DNA of 64,000 nt from a virus: the IMG/VR virus record IMGVR_UViG_3300008265_000001; one strand, 5' to 3'. This document shows positions 26,154 through 35,698 of this stretch, in pieces. The position numbers and the translations under genes were made by a program. Within the stretch, counting starts at the first letter, position 1. Each line of letters starts with the position of its first letter. The notes beneath the pieces are model-generated. The model had not been told where the DNA came from, searched no databases, and worked only from the letters and a program-made list of their open reading frames with translations.

Positions 26154-27002
26154 CTAATTTAGTTTTGCCACTAGTTTCGAGTAGCAAAGATTGAGAAGTA
26201 CAAAATGTTTCTCTGGATAGGCTTGGACGGGGGGTAGTTTGTGACCTTTTGCATTCAACATCTGCTTCTTGGGAGGCATCTCTAAAGCCATCATTTTGTA
26301 CACTGAAGAGGCAAGATTTGCGATAGCGTGTTTGTTACTGCGACTTAATATCAATCCGTCTTGAGCCATTAAAGCCCACTCATTTAACGTGTACACTGGT
26401 TCAGCCTCATCAACATTCTTGCTGGCTTCCAAGAACTCTTTTGCTTCAATACCCTCCATCCATTCGCGAAGTCCACCTAATTCAACTCTAGCGGCGCGAT
26501 ACCCTTCAGTTTGAATGAGTTGCACCTTCATTTCAGTAATCTCTGAAGCCATCAAGTTAAGTTGACTAGAAATCGACTTGAACATTCCAGCAATGTCGTT
26601 GGATTCGGCAAAACCAGTGACCTCTTTAATCCAAGTGTCAATACCAATCTCAGCAAACTTACCAAGGGAAAATTTAGCTTCATCTGTCTGTTTAACTGAC
26701 TCAAAAGCAAAATACCTAATGATACGTGCCGCAACTTTTCCGTTAATGATTTTAGCTTGCTGGTTGCTTCCAAGTGCGAGGTATAAATCCTTACCCTTCA
26801 AGTCTTTGAGGAGATTTTTTGCCTCTACAGTGCGAACGCTAGAACCACCTAGTTTCGTTAAAAGGCTCCGTATACCAGACTCACCAACTCCGCACAACCT
26901 AGCAAGACCTACTTGACTTACACCACAATGCTTTCCGTCAGTACTCACATAGAACTCAATACCGTCAACAATAGTGGGAGAAACAATTTCGATAGAAGAC
27001 AT
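26154..27002 (-). CDS. 282-aa putative DNA-binding / antirepressor-like protein, paralog A
   Basis: Same length as 39886..40734 and collinear similarity with it (IEFYVS.DG...GVS..GL.RLCG, AA..I..(Y/H)(F/Y)A). The upstream region is also conserved. Confidence 0.6.
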   Translation of the reverse strand: MSSIEIVSPTIVDGIEFYVSTDGKHCGVSQVGLARLCGVGESGIRSLLTKLGGSSVRTVEAKNLLKDLKGKDLYLALGSNQQAKIINGKVAARIIRYFAFESVKQTDEAKFSLGKFAEIGIDTWIKEVTGFAESNDIAGMFKSISSQLNLMASEITEMKVQLIQTEGYRAARVELGGLREWMEGIEAKEFLEASKNVDEAEPVYTLNEWALMAQDGLILSRSNKHAIANLASSVYKMMALEMPPKKQMLNAKGHKLPPVQAYPEKHFVLLNLCYSKLVAKLN

Positions 27003-27091
27003 ACAAAAATACGTGGTTAATTGATTACTTTTTTACTATAGCATAGGTAATTTGCAAGTAACTGTATCTTCAGGGGTATATCTAGTCACGG

Positions 27092-27097
27092 TATAAT
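27092..27097 (+). promoter_or_regulatory. TATAAT box ending 6 nt before the ATG at 27104 (leaderless-mRNA geometry)
   Basis: GGTATAATgaaactATG read directly. Confidence 0.35.
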
Positions 27098-27103
27098 GAA
27101 ACT

Positions 27104-30100
27104 ATGGAAGGAAAAACACTCGCAAAATACCTAGCAAGCGCCGATGCCACTAACTCTGTGGTCGAGGACGTATATTTCAACGACGTTATCTTGCTCATAT
27201 CAGGCAACGCAGCCGATAACAGTCGAGGTTTGCCTTTCAGCCGAGATTACTCCAGATATCAGCGCCATGTCAAAAACTACACTGGCACAAACACCGAATC
27301 TTCAATAAACTACCCTATAAATGATATTCCAAGTCTTGCTGGCGTAACCTCTTGTCTTTACATACCCAACTACCTCAATCGCATTAATAGAGCCGCAGAG
27401 CTTAATACTGGGCAAAATGTCTCTAATGTCCTTCCTACCTATGCTGATATTCAACTCAGTGGTTGGTCAGATGGTTTCAGTCTTGGTACTGGTAATTTCA
27501 CTATCGAGCTTTCGTTTTTCACGGACAATATAGTACCAATACAAACTATCTTTTCTGTAAACACTTGCCTCAACTCAAATGTTTTTAATCCTTCCCAATT
27601 GCCAGCATTAGGTGCAACTGGCGGCTATGGCTTATTTTTAGTCAACTCAGACCTTTATTTTTCTGCTAAAGGTGCAAGCTTTAAAATAAACAACTCACCA
27701 ATTGTTACTGGAACGTTCTACACGGTTTGCATTCAGCGTATTGGCAATACTTTACAAACATTCCTTAATTTCCTAGAAACTCATGTATCAGCTTGTAACT
27801 TTAACTTGGCACATTCTGTAGCTAATAATATAGATACAAGAGACTATAGGCTATTCTTAGGTATTTCACCATTTTTTAGTTCGTTCGGCAATCAAGTAAC
27901 TAACCTAATAGATGCAAGCTTTAGCGGTGGTATATCCAACTTTCGTATCACTGAAAATATTGCTAGATACCCCTCGACATTTTATAGCGTCACACTGCCT
28001 TTCCCTAAGTCTGGAATAGCCAACCGTATTGACCCCAACTACTCAGATACTCTTTTCAACTTTCCTCTCCAATTTGACGCTTACAATTACGCCTCAAACC
28101 TAAAACGCCTAGCCAGCCCTACTCTCCGCCAGAACACTCCAAATTTCAATACTGGCTTCTTAGAACTTGACGGCAATACCACATACGTCTCAGAACAAAT
28201 TACGACTAACCTATCTACCTCTACATGGACGCTAGAACTCTATTTAGGGCTTTTTGAGAATAGTGCGCCTCTTACTACAGCAAAAACATTGCTAGATTGG
28301 TTAGCAAACAATCTTTCAAATACTGAAGGTGTCGAAAAAGTCAATCTACTCAAGTTGACATCTAACGGTAAGCTGGTTGCTAGTATCGACTTCAATTTTT
28401 ATGCAGATTATGCTGGTCAAGGGGGTTTTGCACGAACTGCCCCTTACATTAGTTTTAGTGTAAGCGAAGACGGAACCACTTGGCGCAGCTTTGCTTCGGA
28501 AACAAATAACAGCGTCAACCCAACATACCCAACTACAAATTATTTCCTGCCAAGTTCAGATATTATCTTTTATCACAATGCTAGTATCACTTCTAACATA
28601 ACTACAAGCACAACAGCTATTGCCTCTCCTTTTTCTGAACCCAACACTCATTTTGCAGTTTCAAGGGAAGAAAATAACCTATATTTCTATGTTAATGGGG
28701 TTTTGGTTAAGACAGTTGCATATTCAGGAACTTTATACCAAGAGAGCGCTAAGCTAGAACTTAATTTTGGTAGTTTGTATACGCCTTGGGTGTCTTCCAA
28801 CGCATCGTCTAAAAGAAGTCTTGGGGTCAAAGGTTTACGAGTAACAAATACAGCTCGATTTATAAGTACGACAGTTCCTAACGATTATTTCTATTCTCAT
28901 TGTCTTCAACCACTCCCTACTACTACAGGTGTCCTCACTCACCCTAAAGCACGTATTCTTGCAATAGTTCCTGTAATCAATAATCCATCTATCAGCACAG
29001 GTACTTGTCAATGGTATGTTTACGTTGCTCAGGCGTTTGACAGTTTTGTTCTAGCGGATTTTAGCTTGACTCAGATAGAAGGGGTGTCAGGTGCGTCCCT
29101 CGTTTCATTGGTTAAGAATAATGAGTTGGAATATGTTGTAACTGCTAATACTGGAACTGGTAACGGTAAGCTGACTCTCAATTTTGTAGATAGGCGAACG
29201 GTTAAGTATAAAGGAACTAATACGCTTATCTCAAACTACACTGGTGAACTCAGTTTTACTGGTCAAACCTATGTAATTAATAAAAATGCCCCTATACCCA
29301 CAATTACTAGTGGTTCAAGTCCTTATATTAACGAGTCATTTACTTGTACACTCACTTGGGATGCAGCAATCATTACATTTGATATCACTAAGGTTGGAGT
29401 TAGTAACGGAGTTCTTTCCAACTTAGTTTTGATTAACGAGATTACGCAGACATATCAATTCAACGTTACGCCCGAAAAACAAGGTGTAGTATATGTTCAG
29501 GCACTAGAAGGTGCTGGTGTAACCGATGGAGCCATTAGTTCATCGAAAAGCAATTTATTGGCGCGAGTTTATGCCGAAGCTTTCCCAATTTTACAGCTAC
29601 CTTTAGATTTATCCAACACGTTTTACGATGTTTCACCAAACCAATACCAGCTTGACGAAATAATCCCTAACAACACGTTATTTAGCTCGACGGTCTTTCC
29701 TATAGGCACAAACTCCTCTCTTGCCGTAGTGCCTCAATTAGAGCAGTCTGGATTGACGTATGATAACTTCGAGGCGATTGGTCAGGGGTCGTCTTTGGTT
29801 ATGAATGGGGATTGGACTATTGAGTTTCATTATCGCGGCAACACTTTCAATCCTCAAAACACCACTCATCTCTTTTCTGTAGAAAAAGAAGGTACGGGCT
29901 TTGCAATCTTGGCAGTAAATGGGAATATTCAGGTAGTTCGCAGCATCGATTTGACCAGTAACCTGTTTCCTGCGGTCACTCTGCGAGAGTCAGACATTTT
30001 CTCAAGCGGAGCGCCCATTTATCCAGCCTACGAAAATGGGGCATATACTCTTCAACAGAAATTTCCACACTTTGCAATTACTAAGAAAGGTAATGTATAT

Positions 30101-32014
30101 CGCTTTTACCGTAATGGACTGCGTATCGGGCTTGTAGAATCTTCCACAGTACTAAATATCTCAAGTGGAGCGCTCAAAGTTGGTTACTATGAGAATAGGG
30201 TTACCCAAGCCCCTTATTTTCTGTCGAACTTACGCTTGACTGTAGGGAAAGCACTCTACACAGCTTACCAACATGATGTACCTCTGATTCCGTACAACCA
30301 AGTGACAAATATCCTTGATGTTAGCGAACTGCTTGACTACATTTCGCTAGTGTCGGACAACAATGTGCCAAATAAGGCTATCAACGGCAATACGCTGTCG
30401 CTTACCTTCAACAGTATCATCGCACTTACTAACTTGCCTGTAGTGACAATTTTAGGGCAAGCTGCAACTGTTACCAACACCATTTACAATACTTATGTCG
30501 CCACACTTCTAGTAGACGAGACAATTGACCAACAAGTATATTTCAACATTGCTATTCACGATGAGCCAAGCCTACCTAACAAGGATTTTAGCGCGACTAC
30601 TAACGGAACTTCAGTATTTGTTGAGAATAGCCCTTTTACTATTGTTTTGGCGACTACGCAGCCTAACGATAACAGCTTTAAGCTCTATGCAACTGCCACA
30701 CTCAATAAAGATGCCCCAGCGTTCAGTTTGGTTTCGCTGACACTCACTAATTGTATTGTAGGCGGCTTAACAAAAGCAAGTAATAACAACGTATACACTT
30801 TTGAAGTGCAAGCTCTCACAAGCGGAGATTTTAGCTTAGCAGTTTTGGCTAATGCTGTCAACTCTGCAATTGGAACACCTAATTTAGCGTCAAACACATT
30901 GACTAGGGCTGCTGTAGTTCCCGCTTACCTTCCCGACCCCTACTACAACAATTTGCTGCTCTTCATTCAACCCACTGGAACAAATATTATTGATGAGAGC
31001 CAATACGAATGCTCAATTGCAGTAAACAATGTGACCGTAGTAAATGATACTTTCCCTACGGGTTTGCTTAAATCGATGAAGTTTTCAGGTCAGGGTTCAA
31101 GTTTGGTAGCGACACTGAATCAGCCCCTATCAGCCAATCAGGATTATTGCATCGAGTTCTATATCTATCTGTCATCGCTGACCACATTCTCTCTTTCTGC
31201 CCCTATTGCAAGTCCTGCATCGTCGGTTACACCAACTTCATTTGATATTAGTTGGAGTGATGTTGCTGGAGCTACTGATTATGTAGTTGACATCTCAAAT
31301 ACGAGTGATTTTTCTAGGAAAGTGGATGGATTCGATAATAAGTTGGTCGGTGATGTAAATAGTGTCTCAGTTACTAGCAATTCAGCATTGGAATCACCTA
31401 TTGTAGAACTCAATAGAGTTAAGGCAGAAAAAGGATTTGTTGCGGAATGGGGAAAAAGAGCTGGAAGTATAGGATATCGCGTAGTAACTTCTCTCAGTAA
31501 TACATTCAATAGTGCTATTTCTTCTGTTTTTACAAAAAGTAACAATGTGTCAGTGGGAGATTTAACAGATTCATTTGAATATGTGCCAGAATCTGTAGTA
31601 ATCGATGGGGGCTCTTCAAGTGGTTCTTTTTCCTCTAATAGCATCCTTCAAGGCATTCTCTCGTCGGGTTCTAATTCACCAAAAATCTTTGCCTTTAATG
31701 ACGAAAATACAATTCGCTGTTACAAATCACAACCAAACTATACAAGTCCGATGGTAGCTGAAGACATTGAATCAAAACAATGGTTCCATTTGAGTATGGT
31801 TAACTCCTCAGCTACAAAATCTACAAAATTATACCTAGATGGTATTTTGGTTGATAAGCTCAAGAATAGTGATATGGGTTGGGATTCCACCCTAAATTTA
31901 GGCTATGCCATAACCAATTTTAGCGGTTACATAACTGGATTCAGGGTCACGTATGGTGTTCAAAGATATCTGATGGAATTTACTCCTCCGACGCTCCCCC
32001 TTCCAAAAAACTAG
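27104..32014 (+). CDS. 1636-aa adhesin-like virion protein with several LamG (Laminin_G_3-like) jelly-roll units and FN3-like units
   Basis: Recurrent W/F-x-H-hydrophobic...L(Y/F)(V/L)(D/N)G motifs (THFAVSREENNLYFYVNG, PHFAITKKGNVYRFYRNG, QWFHLSMV...KLYLDG). FN3-like PTSFDISWSDVAGATDYVVDIS. Confidence 0.65.
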   Translation: MEGKTLAKYLASADATNSVVEDVYFNDVILLISGNAADNSRGLPFSRDYSRYQRHVKNYTGTNTESSINYPINDIPSLAGVTSCLYIPNYLNRINRAAELNTGQNVSNVLPTYADIQLSGWSDGFSLGTGNFTIELSFFTDNIVPIQTIFSVNTCLNSNVFNPSQLPALGATGGYGLFLVNSDLYFSAKGASFKINNSPIVTGTFYTVCIQRIGNTLQTFLNFLETHVSACNFNLAHSVANNIDTRDYRLFLGISPFFSSFGNQVTNLIDASFSGGISNFRITENIARYPSTFYSVTLPFPKSGIANRIDPNYSDTLFNFPLQFDAYNYASNLKRLASPTLRQNTPNFNTGFLELDGNTTYVSEQITTNLSTSTWTLELYLGLFENSAPLTTAKTLLDWLANNLSNTEGVEKVNLLKLTSNGKLVASIDFNFYADYAGQGGFARTAPYISFSVSEDGTTWRSFASETNNSVNPTYPTTNYFLPSSDIIFYHNASITSNITTSTTAIASPFSEPNTHFAVSREENNLYFYVNGVLVKTVAYSGTLYQESAKLELNFGSLYTPWVSSNASSKRSLGVKGLRVTNTARFISTTVPNDYFYSHCLQPLPTTTGVLTHPKARILAIVPVINNPSISTGTCQWYVYVAQAFDSFVLADFSLTQIEGVSGASLVSLVKNNELEYVVTANTGTGNGKLTLNFVDRRTVKYKGTNTLISNYTGELSFTGQTYVINKNAPIPTITSGSSPYINESFTCTLTWDAAIITFDITKVGVSNGVLSNLVLINEITQTYQFNVTPEKQGVVYVQALEGAGVTDGAISSSKSNLLARVYAEAFPILQLPLDLSNTFYDVSPNQYQLDEIIPNNTLFSSTVFPIGTNSSLAVVPQLEQSGLTYDNFEAIGQGSSLVMNGDWTIEFHYRGNTFNPQNTTHLFSVEKEGTGFAILAVNGNIQVVRSIDLTSNLFPAVTLRESDIFSSGAPIYPAYENGAYTLQQKFPHFAITKKGNVYRFYRNGLRIGLVESSTVLNISSGALKVGYYENRVTQAPYFLSNLRLTVGKALYTAYQHDVPLIPYNQVTNILDVSELLDYISLVSDNNVPNKAINGNTLSLTFNSIIALTNLPVVTILGQAATVTNTIYNTYVATLLVDETIDQQVYFNIAIHDEPSLPNKDFSATTNGTSVFVENSPFTIVLATTQPNDNSFKLYATATLNKDAPAFSLVSLTLTNCIVGGLTKASNNNVYTFEVQALTSGDFSLAVLANAVNSAIGTPNLASNTLTRAAVVPAYLPDPYYNNLLLFIQPTGTNIIDESQYECSIAVNNVTVVNDTFPTGLLKSMKFSGQGSSLVATLNQPLSANQDYCIEFYIYLSSLTTFSLSAPIASPASSVTPTSFDISWSDVAGATDYVVDISNTSDFSRKVDGFDNKLVGDVNSVSVTSNSALESPIVELNRVKAEKGFVAEWGKRAGSIGYRVVTSLSNTFNSAISSVFTKSNNVSVGDLTDSFEYVPESVVIDGGSSSGSFSSNSILQGILSSGSNSPKIFAFNDENTIRCYKSQPNYTSPMVAEDIESKQWFHLSMVNSSATKSTKLYLDGILVDKLKNSDMGWDSTLNLGYAITNFSGYITGFRVTYGVQRYLMEFTPPTLPLPKN

Positions 32015-32876
32015 TAATTTCTTCCTCAGTAGCAAAACGCCACCCTAACCATTCAGGTTCACAACTTTTAAATCTTCTTTGAGCGGTAATGAGAGCTATT
32101 TTTTGAAATCGGGCAGCTTGAGAAATTGATATATAATATTTATCGTCTATTATTACAGGTTTGCTATTAGGAGAAGCTGCCCTCATGTTAGTTTTAGCTT
32201 CTTCTGTAACAATTTTCCCTTTGGCTGACGCACTCATTTTTGCTCTGGTTTCAGGTGAGAATACCCTTCCTTTACCCGCAGCGCTTATTTTGTCTCTAGT
32301 TTCTTTACTACAATTTTTACTATTAATACTAATTTTAGCTTTAGCCTCTTCAGTATGACGATAACCAAGACCATTAGTATTACCTTTACAAGAAATACTT
32401 CTTTTGGCTCTGGTTTCAGGTGATTGTACCTTACCTTTCAGTGAGTTACTTATTTTTTCACGTGTTTGAATATCACGTTCTTTCCCTTTTTTAGCAGCCG
32501 CAATCTTAGCTTTGGTTTCTTGTGTAATAACCTTACCTTTGTTAAAAGCACTAATTTTTGCCTTATGCTCTTCTGTAAGAGCTAAGCCTTTACATCCCCT
32601 TCCACCAATTTTCATATTGTAGATATCTTCACGGCTTATAAACTCTTTATTGACCATCTCTTCTTCAGCTTCATAAGCATCATCGGCGCAGCTAAATTCA
32701 GCTAACGTAGCTCTAGTAAAATTTTCTCTGCCATGTTTATTGATTGCCGCACGTAGACCGTCACCACTACCTAAATATTTCCTAGATTTTGCAGTATTGG
32801 CAACTTTATGTACCCCAACATAAATCTTGCCATTCAACAAATTCGTAGTTTTATACAAAATCCAAGTGTCAGCCAT
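31980..32876 (-). CDS. GIY-YIG homing endonuclease with about 8 NUMOD3 repeats (copy 1)
   Basis: MADTWILYKTTN..NGKIYVGVH...R...H; repeats of x(T/S)(E/P)E(T/H)(K/R)AKIS...KGK. Start moved to the ATG at 32876. The 3' end overlaps 27104..32014 by 35 nt. Confidence 0.8.
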   Translation of the reverse strand: MADTWILYKTTNLLNGKIYVGVHKVANTAKSRKYLGSGDGLRAAINKHGRENFTRATLAEFSCADDAYEAEEEMVNKEFISREDIYNMKIGGRGCKGLALTEEHKAKISAFNKGKVITQETKAKIAAAKKGKERDIQTREKISNSLKGKVQSPETRAKRSISCKGNTNGLGYRHTEEAKAKISINSKNCSKETRDKISAAGKGRVFSPETRAKMSASAKGKIVTEEAKTNMRAASPNSKPVIIDDKYYISISQAARFQKIALITAQRRFKSCEPEWLGWRFATEEEITSFLEGGASEE

Positions 32877-32893
32877 TGCAAATATCCCATATC

Positions 32894-32918
32894 CATGTAT
32901 AATAAATACAGTATAACA
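32894..32918. promoter_or_regulatory. 25-nt conserved core CATGTATAATAAATACAGTATAACA holding back-to-back -10 boxes (TATAAT towards RHH, TGTTATACT towards GIY-YIG)
   Basis: Identical 25-mer, reverse-complemented, at 37405..37429. Confidence 0.55.
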
Positions 32919-32932
32919 CACGTGAGTACAAA

Positions 32933-33085
32933 ATGCGTCCTGATAAAAGCAAAAGATTAAATGCGAAATTGTCCGTAAAAAGACATGAAAAGTTGATGAA
33001 ATATGCCGAGTCGCAAGATAAGGATATGACATCAGCTATAGAGTGCTGGATTGATAGTCTTCCAGAAGTCCAAGTGTTAAACTAA
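32933..33085 (+). CDS. 50-aa ribbon-helix-helix (CopG/Arc-like) protein, copy 1; not in the supplied track
   Basis: MRPDKSKRLNAKLSVKRHEKLMKYAESQDKDMTSAIECWIDSLPEVQVLN has a beta-helix-helix pattern. A paralog of the same length lies at 37235..37387. Confidence 0.55.
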   Translation: MRPDKSKRLNAKLSVKRHEKLMKYAESQDKDMTSAIECWIDSLPEVQVLN

Positions 33086-33110
33086 AGTAAACACTTCCAT
33101 TACCAACCCA

Positions 33111-33575
33111 ATGACATACCAAACTTCAGACTTCTTTTTTAAAAGTTTAGCTACTCAAGGTCAAGCCATCATAAACACTTTGAAAAACAAAGGTCAACAA
33201 GCGTTAGTGCCTAAAACAAAGCAAAGCGCTATAGATGCGTTCAATCAAAAGAATGTAGCAGCTATTGGCAATCAAAAACTGAATAACTCACCATTCTCAC
33301 TAACTCGCGACCAACGCTCTGCAAATGTGAAGTATGGAACTGCTCCAGATGCCCGTGTAGAGGCTTTGGCATCACAGTCTGTAGGCAGAGGATTATCTAA
33401 GCAACAAGCTCCTAGACAGCCCCAAAGAAAGCTTGCGCCTGATGAATTCTATGATGCGGCGGGAGTGATACGTCGAAAAATGAGTGTTGGTAATTGGAAG
33501 AGTCAACAACAATTCCAGACGGGGCAATATGGAGGATTTTCAGCGCCTAATTTCGTACATTTTGCAAATTTCTAA
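33111..33575 (+). CDS. Q/N/K-rich hypothetical protein ending ...FVHFANF
   Basis: 154-aa ORF. Confidence 0.5.
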   Translation: MTYQTSDFFFKSLATQGQAIINTLKNKGQQALVPKTKQSAIDAFNQKNVAAIGNQKLNNSPFSLTRDQRSANVKYGTAPDARVEALASQSVGRGLSKQQAPRQPQRKLAPDEFYDAAGVIRRKMSVGNWKSQQQFQTGQYGGFSAPNFVHFANF

Positions 33576-33577
33576 AA

Positions 33578-35512
33578 ATGGGGAAATTTGTCAAACGTGA
33601 GAACAATGGGCGCGTATTCCTAAAAGACTCGCAAACAGATGAGTGGTTACTTATATCGAACCAATCGACCGTAGACACAAAAGTACAAACGAGAACGAAA
33701 CAAAGAACCAGTAAGGAATCCCTCTTTAAACTTGTTACAGTAAAAAGATTAGAAGGTATTTCTTTAGAAACTATCACTTCTCGACTAAGAACTTCTCAAG
33801 CCAACTTAGAAAGAGCTGCTGTATTAGCCCAATTTCCTATTCCAGCGCCTGTTAAGTTCCCAGAAACAGATGAGGATGCTATAAACTATTTCTCTGTTTT
33901 TATTGATGAAGATTTGAGGGGTAGTAATGAGCCAATCTTCACTTTTTTCTCTTCTAGCTACCAAACACAAATCCGCGCCTATGTTAGCGCCAATTCTGCC
34001 AATCGTGGTGGTTGGAGTGTTCACTTAGCTTATGTCAAATCGGTTAAAGACAAGCAAGATGGGCTTAAAGAAATCGACTGGACTTTGGTTAGCATCGATA
34101 ACGCAGATATAGCCCCTTATGGTGGTTCTACGCCTATAACAGAGCGTCAGACATACCAACTAGACCTAGATGCCACTGGATTGCCTCGGTGCTTCAAGTC
34201 AAACTTCTCACTCGATAATTTGACTTATCTTGGTGGAGGTATATGGTCATGCCTAGTTATCGACCCAGAAGACCGCATACCTGTTTACGGTGTAGCTTCC
34301 ACCAGCGATACCCGCTATAAACGTATTTCTAATGGTGTAGGAGGGAACTCGGTCACTGTGACATCATATAGTGTCACTCCAACATACTCTTTTACGTGGT
34401 GTCGTGGTCAGTCAGTACTTAGAAAGCGTACTCGTAGTGCAGCAGTTGAGTTTGACCAAGAAGCATTTGATGACAGCGCTGTGCTTGTGCAGAAAAGGAA
34501 ATCATTCTACTCTCTTGACCTAACTTTGCGTCCTGAAATGTCGAGCAATCAATTGGTGCAAAAGACAATCACTGAAGTATGCAACTCAGAGGCTACTTAT
34601 GTCGGTAACACCAATTATTTTCTGTTCTCTCCAAGGCAGTCGCCCGATTATGGGACAGATTTAGCTCGATTCAGCTTACAAAAATATCAGCAGCAGTCTA
34701 ACGTCATTCGTCCTAATGCTTGGGGTGTTTTGGCAGCATCTAAGGAAGGCTCATTGCTTTTGCACCTCGATATGGGCATGGCAGAAGGAAAAATCGAGCA
34801 TCCTTACGAAATCAAGAGTACGGTTGGCAAAAGAGGTGTTAGTTACGAGTGGCAATACAAAAGTTGGTGGGCATACGGGAAAATTCAGGATTATTACCCA
34901 TTAACTAAAAATCAGTATACCTATTTTGTCAGTCGAACATTTGGCACTGAGGTTCCTTCGACTTTATTTGTTGATGGTAGTGCGCCTTATGGAGCTTTGA
35001 TAAAAACTGCGCCAAATCAAGTACAAACTACTTGGGATGCACCGCCTTTGCCTGAGACTGGCTATTTTCCGATTCGTCGAGGAGAATTTAGCTTCGTGTT
35101 GCGGTATTCGATGCCACCATTCTTTTCGCACGAAGGTTGTTACTACTATCAAGTCAATCCAGAGCGTATAGGCTCAAGCTCGTCATCTGGTGACAGGGTT
35201 TACGATAATAGTGTTGCACCAGCACAGCCTAGCTTCAGTCTAGCGCCATCTTTCAGTTCACAAGATGATACTAACCCAAATTCCAAGCAAAACGGCTATA
35301 TAGCTACATACACGCAAATTTTAGGGGCTTTAGATGGTGCAAGTGTTAGTAGCTTCAATATTGGATATAGACCGATTGCTGCAAGTGATACTGAGTCGAT
35401 TTTGGTACTTTCACCTAATCCAGAGCAGAAGTTGAGATTGAGCCAAGAGCCATCGTTATTTCCTAATGCTTTTATAGGAAGTGTAAATGAGAATATTGTA
35501 ATTAATGATTAA
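33578..35512 (+). CDS. hypothetical large protein
   Basis: 644-aa ORF; no motif recognised. Confidence 0.55.
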   Translation: MGKFVKRENNGRVFLKDSQTDEWLLISNQSTVDTKVQTRTKQRTSKESLFKLVTVKRLEGISLETITSRLRTSQANLERAAVLAQFPIPAPVKFPETDEDAINYFSVFIDEDLRGSNEPIFTFFSSSYQTQIRAYVSANSANRGGWSVHLAYVKSVKDKQDGLKEIDWTLVSIDNADIAPYGGSTPITERQTYQLDLDATGLPRCFKSNFSLDNLTYLGGGIWSCLVIDPEDRIPVYGVASTSDTRYKRISNGVGGNSVTVTSYSVTPTYSFTWCRGQSVLRKRTRSAAVEFDQEAFDDSAVLVQKRKSFYSLDLTLRPEMSSNQLVQKTITEVCNSEATYVGNTNYFLFSPRQSPDYGTDLARFSLQKYQQQSNVIRPNAWGVLAASKEGSLLLHLDMGMAEGKIEHPYEIKSTVGKRGVSYEWQYKSWWAYGKIQDYYPLTKNQYTYFVSRTFGTEVPSTLFVDGSAPYGALIKTAPNQVQTTWDAPPLPETGYFPIRRGEFSFVLRYSMPPFFSHEGCYYYQVNPERIGSSSSSGDRVYDNSVAPAQPSFSLAPSFSSQDDTNPNSKQNGYIATYTQILGALDGASVSSFNIGYRPIAASDTESILVLSPNPEQKLRLSQEPSLFPNAFIGSVNENIVIND

Positions 35513-35582
35513 GCGGTTGAGGAATTACGATATCCTGACTCCTACTTGGAAGGTAGGCATATTTCCTCTATACTACAACCGC
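35512..35582 (-). tRNA. tRNA-Gly(UCC)-like gene with a non-canonical T-loop
   Basis: Minus strand: GCGGTTG-TA-GTAT-AGAGGAA-ATAT-G-CCTAC-CTTCCAA-GTAGG-AGTC-AGGAT-ATCGTAA-TTCCT-CAACCGC-T. Perfect 7-bp acceptor and 5-bp anticodon stems. U8, A14, G18G19, A21, U33, A37, C48 and U73 are present. The T-loop is ATCGTAA rather than TTCRANY and 53:61 is T.T. Confidence 0.55.
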
Positions 35583-35698
35583 ATGAACACCAATATTAGC
35601 TTCCGTCTCCACCTGTGGTAGCCTAGCCTTTATGCGGCTAGACGCAGCGTTGAAACTGCCACTTTCACTAAGCAATCCGAGACACTCGGAAGGGTGTA

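Noticed and set aside
26552-26916. ORFs 26552..26773 (-) and 26578..26916 (+) inside paralog A
   Set aside because: They overlap a 282-aa ORF that has a full-length paralog, and nothing independent supports them.
32877-33032. 52-codon N-terminal extension of the GIY-YIG-1 ORF in the supplied track (31980..33032)
   Set aside because: The GIY-YIG motif starts right after the internal MADTW. The extension is hydrophobic and Cys/His/Phe-rich, runs through the conserved promoter core, and overlaps the RHH-1 ORF on the other strand.
35583-35698. Possible third tRNA between the two tRNA-like genes
   Set aside because: Hairpins exist (CCGAG-TGT-CTCGG, CTAGCC-GCATAAA-GGCTAG, GCAG…CTGC). However, no 7-bp acceptor pairing with correct arm spacing was found, and no loop has U33 followed by a plausible anticodon.
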